NCBI GenBank assembly: GCA_963743525.1
Contig: CAVUQH010000003.1
Span: 1,088,001-1,152,000 of the forward strand
DNA from: an uncultured delta proteobacterium
Lineage (GTDB): Bacteria > Myxococcota_A > Polyangia > Haliangiales > Haliangiaceae
Length of the DNA stretch: 64,000 bases
Reading direction: 5' to 3'
In this document: positions 14,681 to 26,887 of the stretch, one piece after another
Numbering within the stretch: the first letter of the stretch is position 1
How the letters are laid out: each line of letters starts with the position of its first letter
Notes under the pieces: generated by a model
What the model saw: only the letters and a program-made list of their open reading frames with translations
Database searches by the model: none
Told to the model about the DNA's origin: nothing
Program-made: the position numbers and the translations under genes

Positions 14681-16981
14681 ATGGCAGCATCGGGCAGCAT
14701 CCTCGGCACTCGGGTCCAGCGCGTCGAGGACCCCTCGCTCCTGCGGGGGCGGGGCACGTTCATCGACAACGTCGCACCTCGGGACGCCCTGTACCTGACC
14801 TTCGTGCGGGCGATGACCGCCCACGGACGCATCGGGTCCATCGAGGTCGACGACGCTCGGGCCATGCCCGGCGTCGTCGCCGTCTTCACCGCCGACGACC
14901 TCGACCTGGAGCCGCTCACCTCCAGTGCGCTGCTCGACCATTCCGTCGCCCAGCACGTGCTCGGCGCGTGACGTGGTGCGCTTCGTCGGCGAGCCCGTGG
15001 TCGCCATCGCCTCGGAGACCGCCCAACAGGGAGCCGACGCCGCCGAAAGCGTCTGGGTCGACGTCGAGCCCCTCCCGGCCGTCACCGATCTCGAGGCGGC
15101 GGCGTCGGGCGAGGTGCTGGTGCACCCGGAGCTGGGTAGCAACCTCGTCCTCGACAAGGGCGAACCGGTCGGCGCCGACCAGCTGGCCGAGCACGAGGTC
15201 GTCGTCAGTCAGCGCATGGTCAACCAGCGCATGGCACCGGTACCCCTCGAGGGGCGGGTCGCCGCCGCCCGCTGGGACGGCGACCGACTGACCCAGTGGT
15301 CGTGCACGCAGGGCGCCCACGGCACCCGCGACGAGCTGGCGTCGGTGTTCGGCCTCGACCCGTCGCTGGTGCACGTCATCACCCCCGACGTCGGAGGCGG
15401 GTTCGGCGCCAAGCACGGCACCACCCCGAGGAGCTCATGGTGGCCTGGGCCGCCCGGCAGCTGGGCCGCACCGTGCGCTGGACCGAGACCCGCTCGGAGA
15501 ACATGGTCGGCATGGTCCACGGCCGGGGCCAGGTGCAACACGCCAGCCTGGCCGGCACCCGCGACGGCACGCATCACCGGCTACCGCCTCGACGTGCTCC
15601 AGGACGGCGGCGCCTACGCCGGCAGCGGCTGCGTGCTGCCCTACATGACCCGGCTGATGGCACCGGGGTGCTACGCCATCGACGACTGCCGGGTGCGCGA
15701 TCCGCTCGGTCGTCACCAACACCACCACCGGTCGGCGCCTACCGCGGCGCGGGCCGGCCCGAGGCCGCCGCCGCCATCGAGCGCATGGTCGACCGCTTCG
15801 CCGCCGAGATCGGCATGGACCCCGTCGAGGTGCGGCGCAAGAACCTGCTGCCGCGCCGACGCCTTCCCGCTGCGCACCGCCACCGGCGGCCAGCTACGAC
15901 AGCGGCGACTACGAGGCCGTGCTCGACGAGGTGCTGCGAGGCCGCCGGCTACGACGACCTGCGTGCCCGAGCAGGCCGACGCCGCGAGCCGGCGGCGGAT
16001 CCACGCCAGCTCGGCATCGGGCGTGTCGGTCTACGTCGAGATCACCAACGTGCGGTCCCAGGCGCGAGTACGGCTCGGTCGAGATCACCGCCGACGGCGG
16101 TGCCATCGTGCGCACCGGCTCGTCCGCCCACGGGCAGGGCCACCACACGGCATGGGCGATGCTCGTGAGCGACCGCACCGGGATCCCGCTCGACCGCATC
16201 GAGGTCCGCCACGGCGACACCGACCGACGTCCCCCGAGGCGGTGGCACCGGCGGGTCCGAGTCACTGCAGATCGGCGGCTCGGCCGCCGCAGGCCGCCGC
16301 CGAGCTGGTGGTCGACGAGGCCCGGAAGCTCGCCGCCGACCTGCTCGAGGCCGACCCGGCCGACATCGTGCTCGACCCGGTGGCCGGCACGTTCGCCGTG
16401 GCCGGCACGCCGGTCAGCGCCCGGACCTGGGCCGACCTGGCGGCCGCGGCGCCGGCCAAGGCATCGACCAGCTGTTCGCCGAGACCGACTTCACGCCCGG
16501 CGGCTCGACGTTCCCGTTCGGCGCCCACGTCGCCGTCGTCGAGGTCGACACCGACACCGGCCAGGTGCGGCTCGTCCGCCACGTCGCCTGCGACGACGCC
16601 GGCACCATCATCAACCCGCTGCTGGTCGACGGGCAGGTGCACGGCGGCGTCGCCGCAGGGCATCGGCCAGGCGCTGTTCGAGGAGGTCGCGCTACGACGA
16701 CGACGGCAACCCGCTGACCACGACGCTTCGCCGACTACGCCTTCCCGTCGGCGGCCGAGCTGCCGATCGTTCGAGCGCATCCCCCACGGAGACGCCGACG
16801 CCCCACAACCCGCTGGGGGCGAAGGGCATCGGCGAGGCGGGGACCATCGGCGCCACGCCGGCGGTGCAGAACGCCGTGGTCGACGCGCTTGTCCCACCTC
16901 GGGGTGCGGCACATCGACCTGCCGCTCACCCCCGAGCGGGTGTGGCGGGCGATCCAGGACGCCCGCGCGACGATCAGCTGA
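14681..16981 (+). CDS. Xanthine dehydrogenase family molybdopterin-binding large subunit (form II CoxL-like), many frameshifts
   Basis: [51 protein letters not shown]. Confidence 0.88.
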
Positions 16982-17483
16982 GCGCGTCCAGGATCGCCTT
17001 GTTGAACGCGGGAAGGTCGTCGGGGTTGCGCGACGTGATCAGGTTGTCGTCGACGACGACCTCCTCGTCGACCCAGTCGGCGCCGGCATTGATGAGATCG
17101 GTCCTGATGGAGGGCCAGCTGGTGAGCGTGCGGCCCTTCACGACGCCGGCCTCGATGAGCAGCGAACCGGCGTGGCAGACGGCCGCCACCGGCATGCCGC
17201 GCTCGACGGCTTCGCGAACGAAGCCGACCATGCGCTCGTCCATGCGCAGCTTGTCCGGGCTGTAACCGCCAGGGATCACCACGGCGTCGTAGTCGTCGAG
17301 GGACACCTCGTCGATCGAGCGGTCGGGCGTGGCGCGGACGTTGCCGCGCTTGCCTTCGAGCTCGGTTCCGGTCTCCGTGCCGATGACGTCGACCTGGTGG
17401 TCGTGCTCGGTCAGGAACGTACGTGGGCTGTCGAACTCCTGGTCCTCGAAGTCCGCAGCGAGAGGGATCGCGATTCGTGCCAT
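16974..17483 (-). CDS. PfpI/DJ-1 family protein (type 1 glutamine amidotransferase-like)
   Basis: [35 protein letters not shown]. Confidence 0.92.
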   Translation of the reverse strand: MARIAIPLAADFEDQEFDSPRTFLTEHDHQVDVIGTETGTELEGKRGNVRATPDRSIDEVSLDDYDAVVIPGGYSPDKLRMDERMVGFVREAVERGMPVAAVCHAGSLLIEAGVVKGRTLTSWPSIRTDLINAGADWVDEEVVVDDNLITSRNPDDLPAFNKAILDALS

Positions 17484-17492
17484 GGTCGTGCA

Positions 17493-17886
17493 CTACCCGA
17501 CGACGAGGCTCGGAGAACGACGGTCAGCGGATCGGCGTGGGCCTCGCAGGTCGGCCAGGCGACACCACTCGAGCGTCTGGATGTGCGTGGCCTCGAGCAC
17601 GACGCCGGGCGCCTTCCCCGCCTCGAACGCCTCCTGCCACCGGGGTGCGCACAGGCACCACTGGTCACCGTCACGCAGGCCGGCGAACCCGAACTCGGGC
17701 ACGCGGCGTCGACAGGTCGTTGCCCGCCGCCTTCGAGAACTCGAGGAACTCGTCGGTGACCACGGCGCAGACGGTGTGCACGCCCATGTCGTCGCCGCCG
17801 GTGTTGCAGCACCCGTCGCGGTAGAACCCGGTCACGGGATCGAGCGAGCAGCTCTGCAGTTCGGTTCCCAGCACGTTCTTGGCCAT
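17493..17886 (-). CDS. DUF2237 family protein, frameshifted; 3' end uncertain
   Basis: NVLGTELQSCS, TGFYRDGCC, GNDLSTP, GDQWCLCAPRW. Confidence 0.85.
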
Positions 17887-17937
17887 GGGACCCAGTGTGG
17901 CTCGTCCGTGTGTCCGTCGGGTGTGTGGCACAGGCGC

Positions 17938-19328
17938 TCACGCCGCCGCCACGGCAGCGTCCAGGTCGATGTCGTCGGCCGGGGCGGCCCGACCCGTGCG
18001 AGCGTCTCGCCCAGGCGTTCGCCGACCGCCGGATCGGCCATCACGTCGCCCGGATGGGCGAACACGCCGAGAATGCGCAGCAGATGCCGCCACAGGACGG
18101 GATCGTGAGCCGCCGCGTGGCGGAACAGCGCACCCGGATCGGTCGGCGGAGCCGTGTCGCCCTGCGCCACCGCCCGCATCCGCTCGAGGTCGGCGCGATC
18201 GGGCTCGACCGTCTCGCGCCACCAGCGCTCGAAGTGCTGGTTCAACCAGGCATCGTGGGCCTCGGTGACCTCGGAGGGGCCGTCGACGGTGCGCAGGACG
18301 TCGCGGAGACCCACGGCGTGCATGGCCGCGAACGTGCAGCCACGAGCCTTGGCCGGGTTCGTCGCGCCGATGGCGTCCCCGACGCCCGCGATTCCCGTGA
18401 GACACGGCTGGCCCTCGACCACGTACCGGCGCCGGCTGTCGAGGGGCGTGAACATCGGCAGGATCCCGCCCACCGGGTCGGCGAGCTCCGGATCGGTCCA
18501 CGCCCGGGTCTCGGCACGACTGCGCAGGAGGCGCAGCAGCGTCTCCTGATCGGCGAGGACCCGGAACTTCCGCTCGCTCGCCGGCGCCACGACGGTGATG
18601 GAGAACCAGCCGTCGTCGGCCATGACCCGCAGCAGCTGCGCCGACCCGATGGTGACCGCCGGAAGGCCGTCGATCGGTGGCAACTCCCTGCCCGGACGAA
18701 GTCGGAACCACTGCGTCCAGTAGGCGATTCGGAACTCGGTGGTCTCCTCGGACGGCCGTCGGCCCCCCGCTTCCTCGACCCAGCCCGGGACCGATGTGCG
18801 GGCGCCGGAGCAGTCGACCACCACGTCGCCGGTGAGCATCCCGCCGTTGGTGGCGAGCCCACGGACGCGCTGGTCGTCGCCGGTGACCAGACCTTCGCTG
18901 ACGACACCGGAGCGCAGGTCGATCCGAGGATCGTCGTCGGCCGCGTCGGCGCAGCACGTGCTCGAGCGTGCACCGTCGAGCCGCCAGCAGGACGAGACGT
19001 CGTCGCCGGCCTGCCGCGGCCCGATGTCGCCGACCGTCGGCGGCGGGTTACCGACCAGGTCGTACTCCACTGCGCCGGCTTCCAGGAGCCGCGTCCAGAC
19101 GTGTGGCAACTCGTCGACCAGGACCCGGCGGAACCTCGGGAGAAAGGCGTGGGACTGCCGGAACTGCCGCACCGATCTCCGGTCCCAGGCCTCCCACGAC
19201 TCGCGGGGCTCCCGGGACGGAGGTGCGGGATCGCGCTCGGCCACCGTCACGTCGTGACCGTCGGCCGCCAGGAGCAGCGCCGTCGACAGCCCCGCCACAC
19301 TTCCACCGTTGATACATACTTTGACCAT
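17938..19328 (-). CDS. FAD-dependent oxidoreductase
   Basis: INGGSVAGL, AERD, VVDCSGART, GVGDAIGATNP..ARG; possible small indels. Confidence 0.8.
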
Positions 19329-19393
19329 GGCTCCAACGTCCCCGACGGGGATGACGCCGACCTGAAGCGAGCATAAAGGCACCGATCTGATCC

Positions 19394-21347
19394 ATGGCCT
19401 CCTCCGCCGTCGAGGTCCGTCTTCTCGGCGATCCGACCATCGTCGTGGCCGGTGACGAGCGCGTCGTCACCCGCCCACGCGAGCAGGCGGTGCTCGCCCG
19501 ACTGGCGCTGGCTGCGCCTGCCGCGGTGCCGGTCGAGACGCTGATCGACGACATCTGGGGCGACGACCCGCCGGCCTCGGCGATCGATGCGCTCCGCGTC
19601 CACGTCTCCAGCCTGCGCAAGCTGCTGTCGGGGTCCGACGTCGCCCCCGAGGAGGTGCTCGTGACCTCCCCCGGGGCCTACCGCCTCGATCTCGAACGCG
19701 ACGCGATCGACGTCCAGCGCGTCGAGGATGCGATCCACCAGCGGCGCCTGCGGACGGTGCGGGATCTTCTCGACCGCTGGCCCGAACAGGATCTGGGCCG
19801 CTTCGACACGGGATCGGGGTTCTTCACCGCCGCGGTGCGACGACTCGCAGAGTTGCGCGCGGAGGGGACCGAGGCGGTCGCTGCAGCCGACGTGGACGCT
19901 GGCCAGCACGAGCACGCCCAGGCCATGCTCGAGGAGCTCCTGCGTCTCGAGCCGTACCGCGAACAGGCCTGGGAGCTGCTGATCCGTTCGCTCGAAGCCT
20001 CGGGCCGCCGTACGGACGCACTCCGCACCGGCCAGCGAGCACGTGATGCGCTCGCCGAAGTGGGGATGGAACCGGGACCGGCGCTCGTCGCGGCCGAGCA
20101 GGCGGTCCTGGACCACGAGACCGGCGCGGAGCTGCGCCTGCACCCCAGCGAGTACGTCGACGTGGACGGCAGCCGCATCGCATTCCGCACGTTGGGCAGC
20201 CACGGACCGGACCTGCTGTTCATGCACGGCGGATTCGTTCCGTTCGAGGTCATGCCCGACGAGCCGCGGTTCGCCCGCTTCCTCGACCGGCTGGCCCGCC
20301 GGCACCGCGTGATCCTCCTCGACCGTCGTGGCATCGGCATGTCCGACCCGCCGGCCGGCGGTGCACCGGTCACGCTCGAGCACTGGGTGGCCGACTGCCG
20401 CGCCGTGCTGGATGCCGTGGGATCGCCACGTTGCTTCGTCTTTGCCCACGAGAACGCCGGGCCGGCCGCCATCCGCCTCGCAGCAGAAGACCCCGGACGG
20501 GTGCAAGGACTGGTGCTGCACTCGACCGTGGCCAAGTACCTCCGATCGTCCGACCACCCCTACGGGCCGACCGAGGATGCCTTCGAACGGGTCAACCGCA
20601 TGATCGATCGCATGCCTGGCGCAGACGACATCCTCACCTCCGTCGCCCCCAGCGTCGGCGACGACCCGGGACTGCGAGCGTGGCTCGACCGCCGCCGGTC
20701 GGTTGGGTGCCGGTCCAGCTCGGGCCCGGGAGTTGCACCGGGTGTACCTCGGTGTCGACGTACGGCGGTACCTCTCGCGGGTCCGGGCTCCGGCGATCGT
20801 CCTGCAGCCCGCTCGCCGCATTCGATCTGACCCGGGTCAGGGCCGCTACCTGGCCGAGCACCTGCCCGATGCCGAGCTACGGATGCTCGACAGCGGCGAC
20901 CATCTGCCGTTCCTCGCCGACGCCGACGCCGTCCTGGACGCCATCTGCCGGATCGTCGAGCGGGCGGATGCGCCGCCGGCAGCCGGGCAGAAGGTGCTGC
21001 GCGCCCTGGTGGGTGTGGCTCCGCCACCACCGGACCGTGCGCTCGAGGACTACGCGCCCGAGGCGTGTCTCGAGCTCGAAGGTGCCGTCGTGGCCGTGTT
21101 CCGCTCGAGCGACGCCGCCACTCGGTGCGCGACCGAGCTGCGGGAGCAGCACCCCGGGGTGAGCGCCGTGGTGGCCCTGGACGACACCCTGGCGACCGTG
21201 GAAGATGCCGCCGTCCTCGCGGTGGCCGCCGCTGCGCGGGCACCGGTTCGTGAGACTCGACCCCAGGGAGGGCTTCAGGTCGAGCCTCGACCTGCCGATG
21301 GGCACAACGACCCATGCGCCTCGCCCCGAGAAGGACCTGAACCGTGA
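19394..21347 (+). CDS. SARP/AfsR-type regulator (wHTH + BTAD) fused to an alpha/beta-hydrolase-fold domain; frameshift near 20695
   Basis: VRLLGD, ALRVHVSSLRKLL, EPYREQAW, GMEPGPAL; then LLDRRGIGMSD, SGDHLPF. Confidence 0.82.
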
Positions 21348-21535
21348 TCCACCGCACCGTCGACTCGCTGACCCCCGCCGTCTACATGGCGCTGGGCATC
21401 CTGCTGGCGCTGCTGTCCATCGCCAGCGGCGACCGGGCGACGTCGGGTGCGCTGCTGTCGGCCGCGTGCTGCTCGGTGGCGCTCACCGGCGCGAAGTGGA
21501 GCCAGCGGGAAGCCGCCACGGTCACCTCGGGCTGA
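21344..21535 (+). CDS. Small membrane protein (two hydrophobic segments)
   Basis: 63 aa; GTG overlaps upstream TGA. Confidence 0.5.
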   Translation: MIHRTVDSLTPAVYMALGILLALLSIASGDRATSGALLSAACCSVALTGAKWSQREAATVTSG

Positions 21536-21904
21536 GTTCGACAGCAAGGGCAGACGGCTGGAGATAGAAACCAGCCCCGATCACCACTTCTGCAGAAACT
21601 CCGATGCAGACGGGCGCACCAGAGAGCGGCACGTCGGCGCGCTCCCAACGTGGAGGTTCGGCACCGATCTCGGCTCCCAGCCGAGATGGGCGACGATCGT
21701 GTCCGACCTCGGTGCCTCTGGCTGCCAAGGATCGTGCTCGGGCTCGTCTCCGGGCCGAGTTCGAGCACGATCGTGCTCGAACTCGATCGCTCGCCCCGTT
21801 CCCACTGCCGGATCTTTGCGCACTTGTCGAACTCGGTGACGTCTCCCGATCGTCCATTCGGGGACGGTTTCTATCCCCAGGCTGTATCCCCTTGCTGCCG
21901 AACT
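21535..21904. mobile_element. Putative MITE/REP-like non-coding element with ~46-bp imperfect terminal inverted repeats
   Basis: 21535-21580 vs reverse complement of 21858-21904; internal perfect 30-bp palindrome at 21756-21785. Confidence 0.5.
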
Positions 21905-21918
21905 GGCCTCGCGCTCGA

Positions 21919-22516
<598 letters not shown>

Positions 22517-22520
<4 letters not shown>

Positions 22521-23789
22521 GGCGTCAGGCGCTCGCCGAGGATCATGCCGGCGGCGACGGTGTTGTTGGTGGCCTCGTCGATGAGGATGAAGCTGCCGGT
22601 GGGGCGGTTGCGCCGGTACTCGTCGAAGAACAGCGGCGCGGTGGTGCGCAGCGTCACCCGGCCGATCTCGTTGAGCGCCAGCGAGTCGGCGTCCTCGTCG
22701 CGGTGGAGCGTGTTGACGTCGAGGCGGTACTGCAGGTCCTTCACCAGCGCCCGCGCCGACTTGGTGGTGTGCTTGATGGCCAGCTTCTGGCGCGGGCTGC
22801 AGCGCCGCCGGTCTCGGACATCCAGCACACCATGGCGTCGATGTCCTGGCCGACGCGTCGGCTGGTTCTTGGGCCGGCAGATCATGTCGCCGCGGGAGAT
22901 GTCGATGTCGTCGGCGAGGCGTGACCGTGACCGACATCGGCGCGAAGGCCTCGTCGACCGGGCCCGTCGGCGGTGTCGATGGCGCTGATGGTGGACGTGA
23001 AGCCCGACGGCAGCACGACGACCTCGTCGCCCGGCTTGAGCACGCCGCCGGCCACCGTGCCGGCGTAGCCGCGGTAGTCGTGGCCGTCCTTGCTCATCGG
23101 GCCGGATGCACGTACTGCACCGGGAAGCGGGCGTCGATGAGGTTGCGGTCGCGACGCGATGTGCACCTCTTCGAGGTGGTGCAGCAGCGGCGGGCCCTCG
23201 TACCACTTCATGTTGGCGGACTGGTCGACCACGTTGTCGCCGTGCAGCGCCGAGACCGGGATGAACGTGAGGTCGCTGGACGTCGAGCTTGGCGGCGAAC
23301 TCGCGGAACTCGGCCTTGATCTCCTCGAAGCGCTCCTCGCTCCAGTCGACGAGGTCCATCTTGTTGACGCAGACCACGAGGTGCGGGATGCGCAGCAGCG
23401 ACGCGAGGAACGCGTGGCGGCGCGACTGCTCGAGGATGCCGTTGCGGGCGTCGACCAGGATCAGGGCCAGGTCGGCGGTGGAGGCGCCGGTGACCATGTT
23501 GCGCGTGTACTGGATGTGGCCCGGGGTGTCGGCGATGATGAACTTGCGCCGGGGCGTGGCGAAGTAGCGGTAGGCGACGTCGATGGTGATGCCCTGCTCG
23601 CGCTCGGCCCGCAGGCCGTCGGTGAGCAGCGCCAGGTTGGTGTACTCGTCGCCGCGCTCGCTTGGACGTGCGCTCGACCGCGTCGAGCTGGTCCTCGAAG
23701 ATCGCCTTGGAGTCGTACAGCAGGCGGCCGATGAGCGTGGACTTGCCGTCGTCGACCGAGCCGGCCGTGGCGAAGCGCAGCAGCTCCAT
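22517..23789 (-). CDS. cysN: Sulfate adenylyltransferase subunit 1 (GTPase), frameshifted
   Basis: [36 protein letters not shown]...TVAAGMI. Confidence 0.92.
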
Positions 23790-23791
23790 GA

Positions 23792-24701
23792 TCAGAAGTA
23801 GCCCTCCCGCTTGCGGTCTTCCATGGCGGCCTCGCTGACGCGGTCGTCGGCCCGGGTGGCGCCCCGCTCGGTGATCCGGGTGGCGGCGACCTCGGCGATG
23901 ATCGTCCTCGAAGGTGCCGGCCGTGGACTCGACCGCGCCGGTGCAGGTCACGTCGCCGACGGTGCGGTAGCGGACGGTCTCGCTCGAAGACCTCCTCGCC
24001 GTCCATCAGCTCGATGTACTCGGACTCGGACAGCAACATGCCGTCGCGCTCGAAGACCCGCCGCTCGTGGGCGAAGTAGATCGGCGGGATCTCGACGTCC
24101 TCGTCGCGCGAGGTACTGCCAGATGTCGAGCTCGGTCCAGTTGCTGATGCGGGAACACCCGGATGTGCTCGCCCTGGCGGTGGCGGCCGTTGTAGAGGTT
24201 CCACAGCTCGGGCCGCTGGTTCTTGGGGTCCCACTGGCCGAACTCGTCGCGGAAGCTGAACACCCGCTCCTTGGCCCGGGCCTTCTCCTCGTCGCGCCGG
24301 GCGCCGCCGAACACGGCGTCGAAGCGGTGCTCCTCGATGGCGTCGAGCAGCGTGGTGGTCTGGAGCCGGTTGCGGCTGGCCCGTGGGCCGGTCTCCTCGA
24401 CCACCCGGCCCTGGTCGATCGACGTCCTGCACCGAGGCCACGACGAGCCGGGCGCCGGCCCGCTCGAGGCGGCGGTCGCGGAACTCGATGACCTCGGGGA
24501 AGTTGTGGCCGGTGTCGACGTGCATCACCGGGAACGGGATCGGGCCGGGGCGAAGGCCTTGACGGCCAGCTCGAGCATCACGACCGAGTCCTTGCCGCCG
24601 CTGAACAGCAGCACCGGCCGCTCGAACTCGGCGGCGACCTCGCGGATGATGTGGATGGCCTCGGCCTCGAGCGCGCGGAGGTGGGAGAGCTCGTAGGTCA
24701 T
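23792..24701 (-). CDS. cysD: Sulfate adenylyltransferase subunit 2, frameshifted
   Basis: [42 protein letters not shown], terminal EGYF. Confidence 0.93.
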
Positions 24702-24785
24702 CGTCGGGTCGGCTGCTCGGTCGTCGGCCGCCGGGCACTGAGCGGTCAGAATGTACGGGCGGAGCCAGTTGGCTAGACAATCCCC

Positions 24786-25571
24786 GTGCCGCCGGATCCA
24801 CCTCGTCACCGCCGCCGACCACCCCTGGCCGCGCGCCTGGCCGTCGAGGCCGGCGCGCTGCTGCTCGTGCGGCGTGCGCGACGAGCTGGCCGCCGCCGGC
24901 GCCGACGCCGCAACGCTCAAGGACGAGGGCGACCGCCGGGCCAACGAGCTGCTGATGGCCGGCGCTGGCCGACCGCGATCCCGGCGGCCGACGCCGTCCT
25001 GTCCGAGGAGTCCCGGGCGACCCACGACGACGAGCGCCGCCTCGGCGCCGACCGGGTCTGGATCATCGACCCGCTCGACGGCACCCGCGAGTTCGGCGAG
25101 CCGCCCCGCACCGACTGGGCCGTGCACGTCGCCCTGTGCGTCGACGGCGTGCCCGAGTGCGGGGCGGTGGCGCTGCCGGCGCTGGACACGGTCTTCTCGA
25201 CCGCCGACCCGGTCGATCTCGCTGCCCGCCGGTCCCGACGCCCGCGGATCGTCGTCAGCCGCACCCGGCCCCCGGCCGAGGCCGAGACGGTGCGCGCCGC
25301 GCTCGGCGGCGTCCTGGTGGAGATGGGCTCGGCCGGCGCCAAGACGATGGCGATCCTGCGCGGCGAGGTCGACTGCTACCCGCACTCGGGCGGCCAGTAC
25401 GAGTGGGACTCGGCGGCGCCGGTGGCGGTGGCCCGGCACCACGGCCTGCACGCCAGCCGGCTCGACGGCAGCCCGCTCGTCTACAACAACGCCGACCCGT
25501 ACCTGCCCGACCTGCTGGTCTGCCGGCCCGAGCTCGCCGACGCCACGCTCGCCGCGCTGGGGCACCGCTGA
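24786..25571 (+). CDS. cysQ: 3'(2'),5'-bisphosphate nucleotidase (inositol monophosphatase family); 5' indels
   Basis: [30 protein letters not shown]. Confidence 0.88.
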   Translation: MPPDPPRHRRRPPLAARLAVEAGALLLVRRARRAGRRRRRRRNAQGRGRPPGQRAADGRRWPTAIPAADAVLSEESRATHDDERRLGADRVWIIDPLDGTREFGEPPRTDWAVHVALCVDGVPECGAVALPALDTVFSTADPVDLAARRSRRPRIVVSRTRPPAEAETVRAALGGVLVEMGSAGAKTMAILRGEVDCYPHSGGQYEWDSAAPVAVARHHGLHASRLDGSPLVYNNADPYLPDLLVCRPELADATLAALGHR

Positions 25572-26401
25572 TGGAGCTCAAGACCATCCGCTACGAGGTG
25601 GCCGACCACGTGGCCCGCCTCACCCTCGACCGGCCCCACCGCGGCAACGCGTGGACGGGCCGGATGCACCTCGAGTACCGGTGGGCGATGACCGAGGCCG
25701 AGCGCGACGGCGACGTGCGGGTCGTGGTCGTGACCGGCGCCGAGCGGACGACGGACGCACCGCCTTCTGCGTGGGCGCCGACGCCAAGGCCCTCGAGGGC
25801 CACGTCGACAAGGGCGGCTACGACGACGGCCTGCGGCGGCGCCGAGCCGCCGATGCCCGACGTGGCCGACCCGTTCGCCGCCGACTTCGCCTTCCAGCTC
25901 GGCATGCGCACCCCGGTCGTCGCCGCGGTGAACGGCGCGGCCGCCGGCGTCGGTCTGGTCATCGCCTGCTTCGCCGACATCCGCTTCGCGGTGCGCGGCG
26001 CCAAGCTCACCACCGCGGCGCCGAAGCTCGGCTTCCCGGCCGAGTACGGCCTGTCGTGGCTGCTCCCCCGCCTGGTGGGCGCCGGGCGTGCCGCCGACTG
26101 GCTGCTGTCCGGGCGGGTCTTCCTCACCGACGAGGCCGGCGACGCCGGCCTGTTCTCGGCGGTGCTCCCCGCCGACGAGCTCGACCGCTCACGTCGAGCG
26201 ATACGTGACCGACCTCGCCCACCACGTCTCGCCGGCCTCGGTGGCCGCCACCAAGGCGCAGCTCTGGGGCGACCTGCTCCACGACGATCCCGGCCGCGGC
26301 GGTCGCCGAATCGATGCGCGCTGCTGCGCGAGATGTCCACCGGACCCGACTTCGTCGAGGGCGCGCGGGCGCTCAGCGAACGCCGCCGGCCCGAGTTCTG
26401 A
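25571..26401 (+). CDS. Enoyl-CoA hydratase/isomerase family protein, frameshifted
   Basis: [36 protein letters not shown]. Confidence 0.85.
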   Translation: MELKTIRYEVADHVARLTLDRPHRGNAWTGRMHLEYRWAMTEAERDGDVRVVVVTGAERTTDAPPSAWAPTPRPSRATSTRAATTTACGGAEPPMPDVADPFAADFAFQLGMRTPVVAAVNGAAAGVGLVIACFADIRFAVRGAKLTTAAPKLGFPAEYGLSWLLPRLVGAGRAADWLLSGRVFLTDEAGDAGLFSAVLPADELDRSRRAIRDRPRPPRLAGLGGRHQGAALGRPAPRRSRPRRSPNRCALLREMSTGPDFVEGARALSERRRPEF

Positions 26402-26461
26402 CCAGCGTTCTGGCCGCACGGCCGGCGTCTGCACCCCGTCGCCAGCGGGTACGTGAAGTAC

Positions 26462-26815
26462 ATGGCCCTCCGAGAAGACCACAGCCGAACCGACGCCGCC
26501 GACGAGACCGCGGCCGGCACTGAGCGACGATCCGGAGGTCGTCAACCAGTATCCCGGCACCGGTGTGACCACCGTGCTGCTGGCGCTGTTCGTCGTGTTC
26601 GTGGCCGGCATCATCGTGCTGGCACAGAACACGGCCGACGTCGCCTTCCAGTTCCTGTGGTGGGATCTGAGTCGCCGCTCATCGTCCTGCTGCTCGTGGC
26701 ATTCGCCGTGGGCGCCACCTCGACGCTGGGCGTCGCCGGCATCTGGCGCCATCGCCGCCGCCGCTCCCGCCGCGAGCGCGAAGAGCTCCAGCGCCTCCGC
26801 CGCAAGCAGAGCTGA
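26462..26815 (+). CDS. LapA/DUF1049-like small membrane protein, frameshifted
   Basis: TM-AQNTADVAFQFLWW-PLIVLLLVAF-TM plus basic tail, across two frames. Confidence 0.6.
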   Translation: MALREDHSRTDAADETAAGTERRSGGRQPVSRHRCDHRAAGAVRRVRGRHHRAGTEHGRRRLPVPVVGSESPLIVLLLVAFAVGATSTLGVAGIWRHRRRRSRREREELQRLRRKQS

Positions 26816-26887
26816 TTCGACGCTGCAACCCTGAGCGCCGACGGAGCCTGACCGCCGCGCAAACGGAGTCACTCCTGCGACAATGAG

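Noticed and set aside
14681..16981. Aerobic CO dehydrogenase (form I coxL)
   Set aside because: Motif is AYRGAGR rather than AYxCSFR, and coxMS/coxDEF are absent
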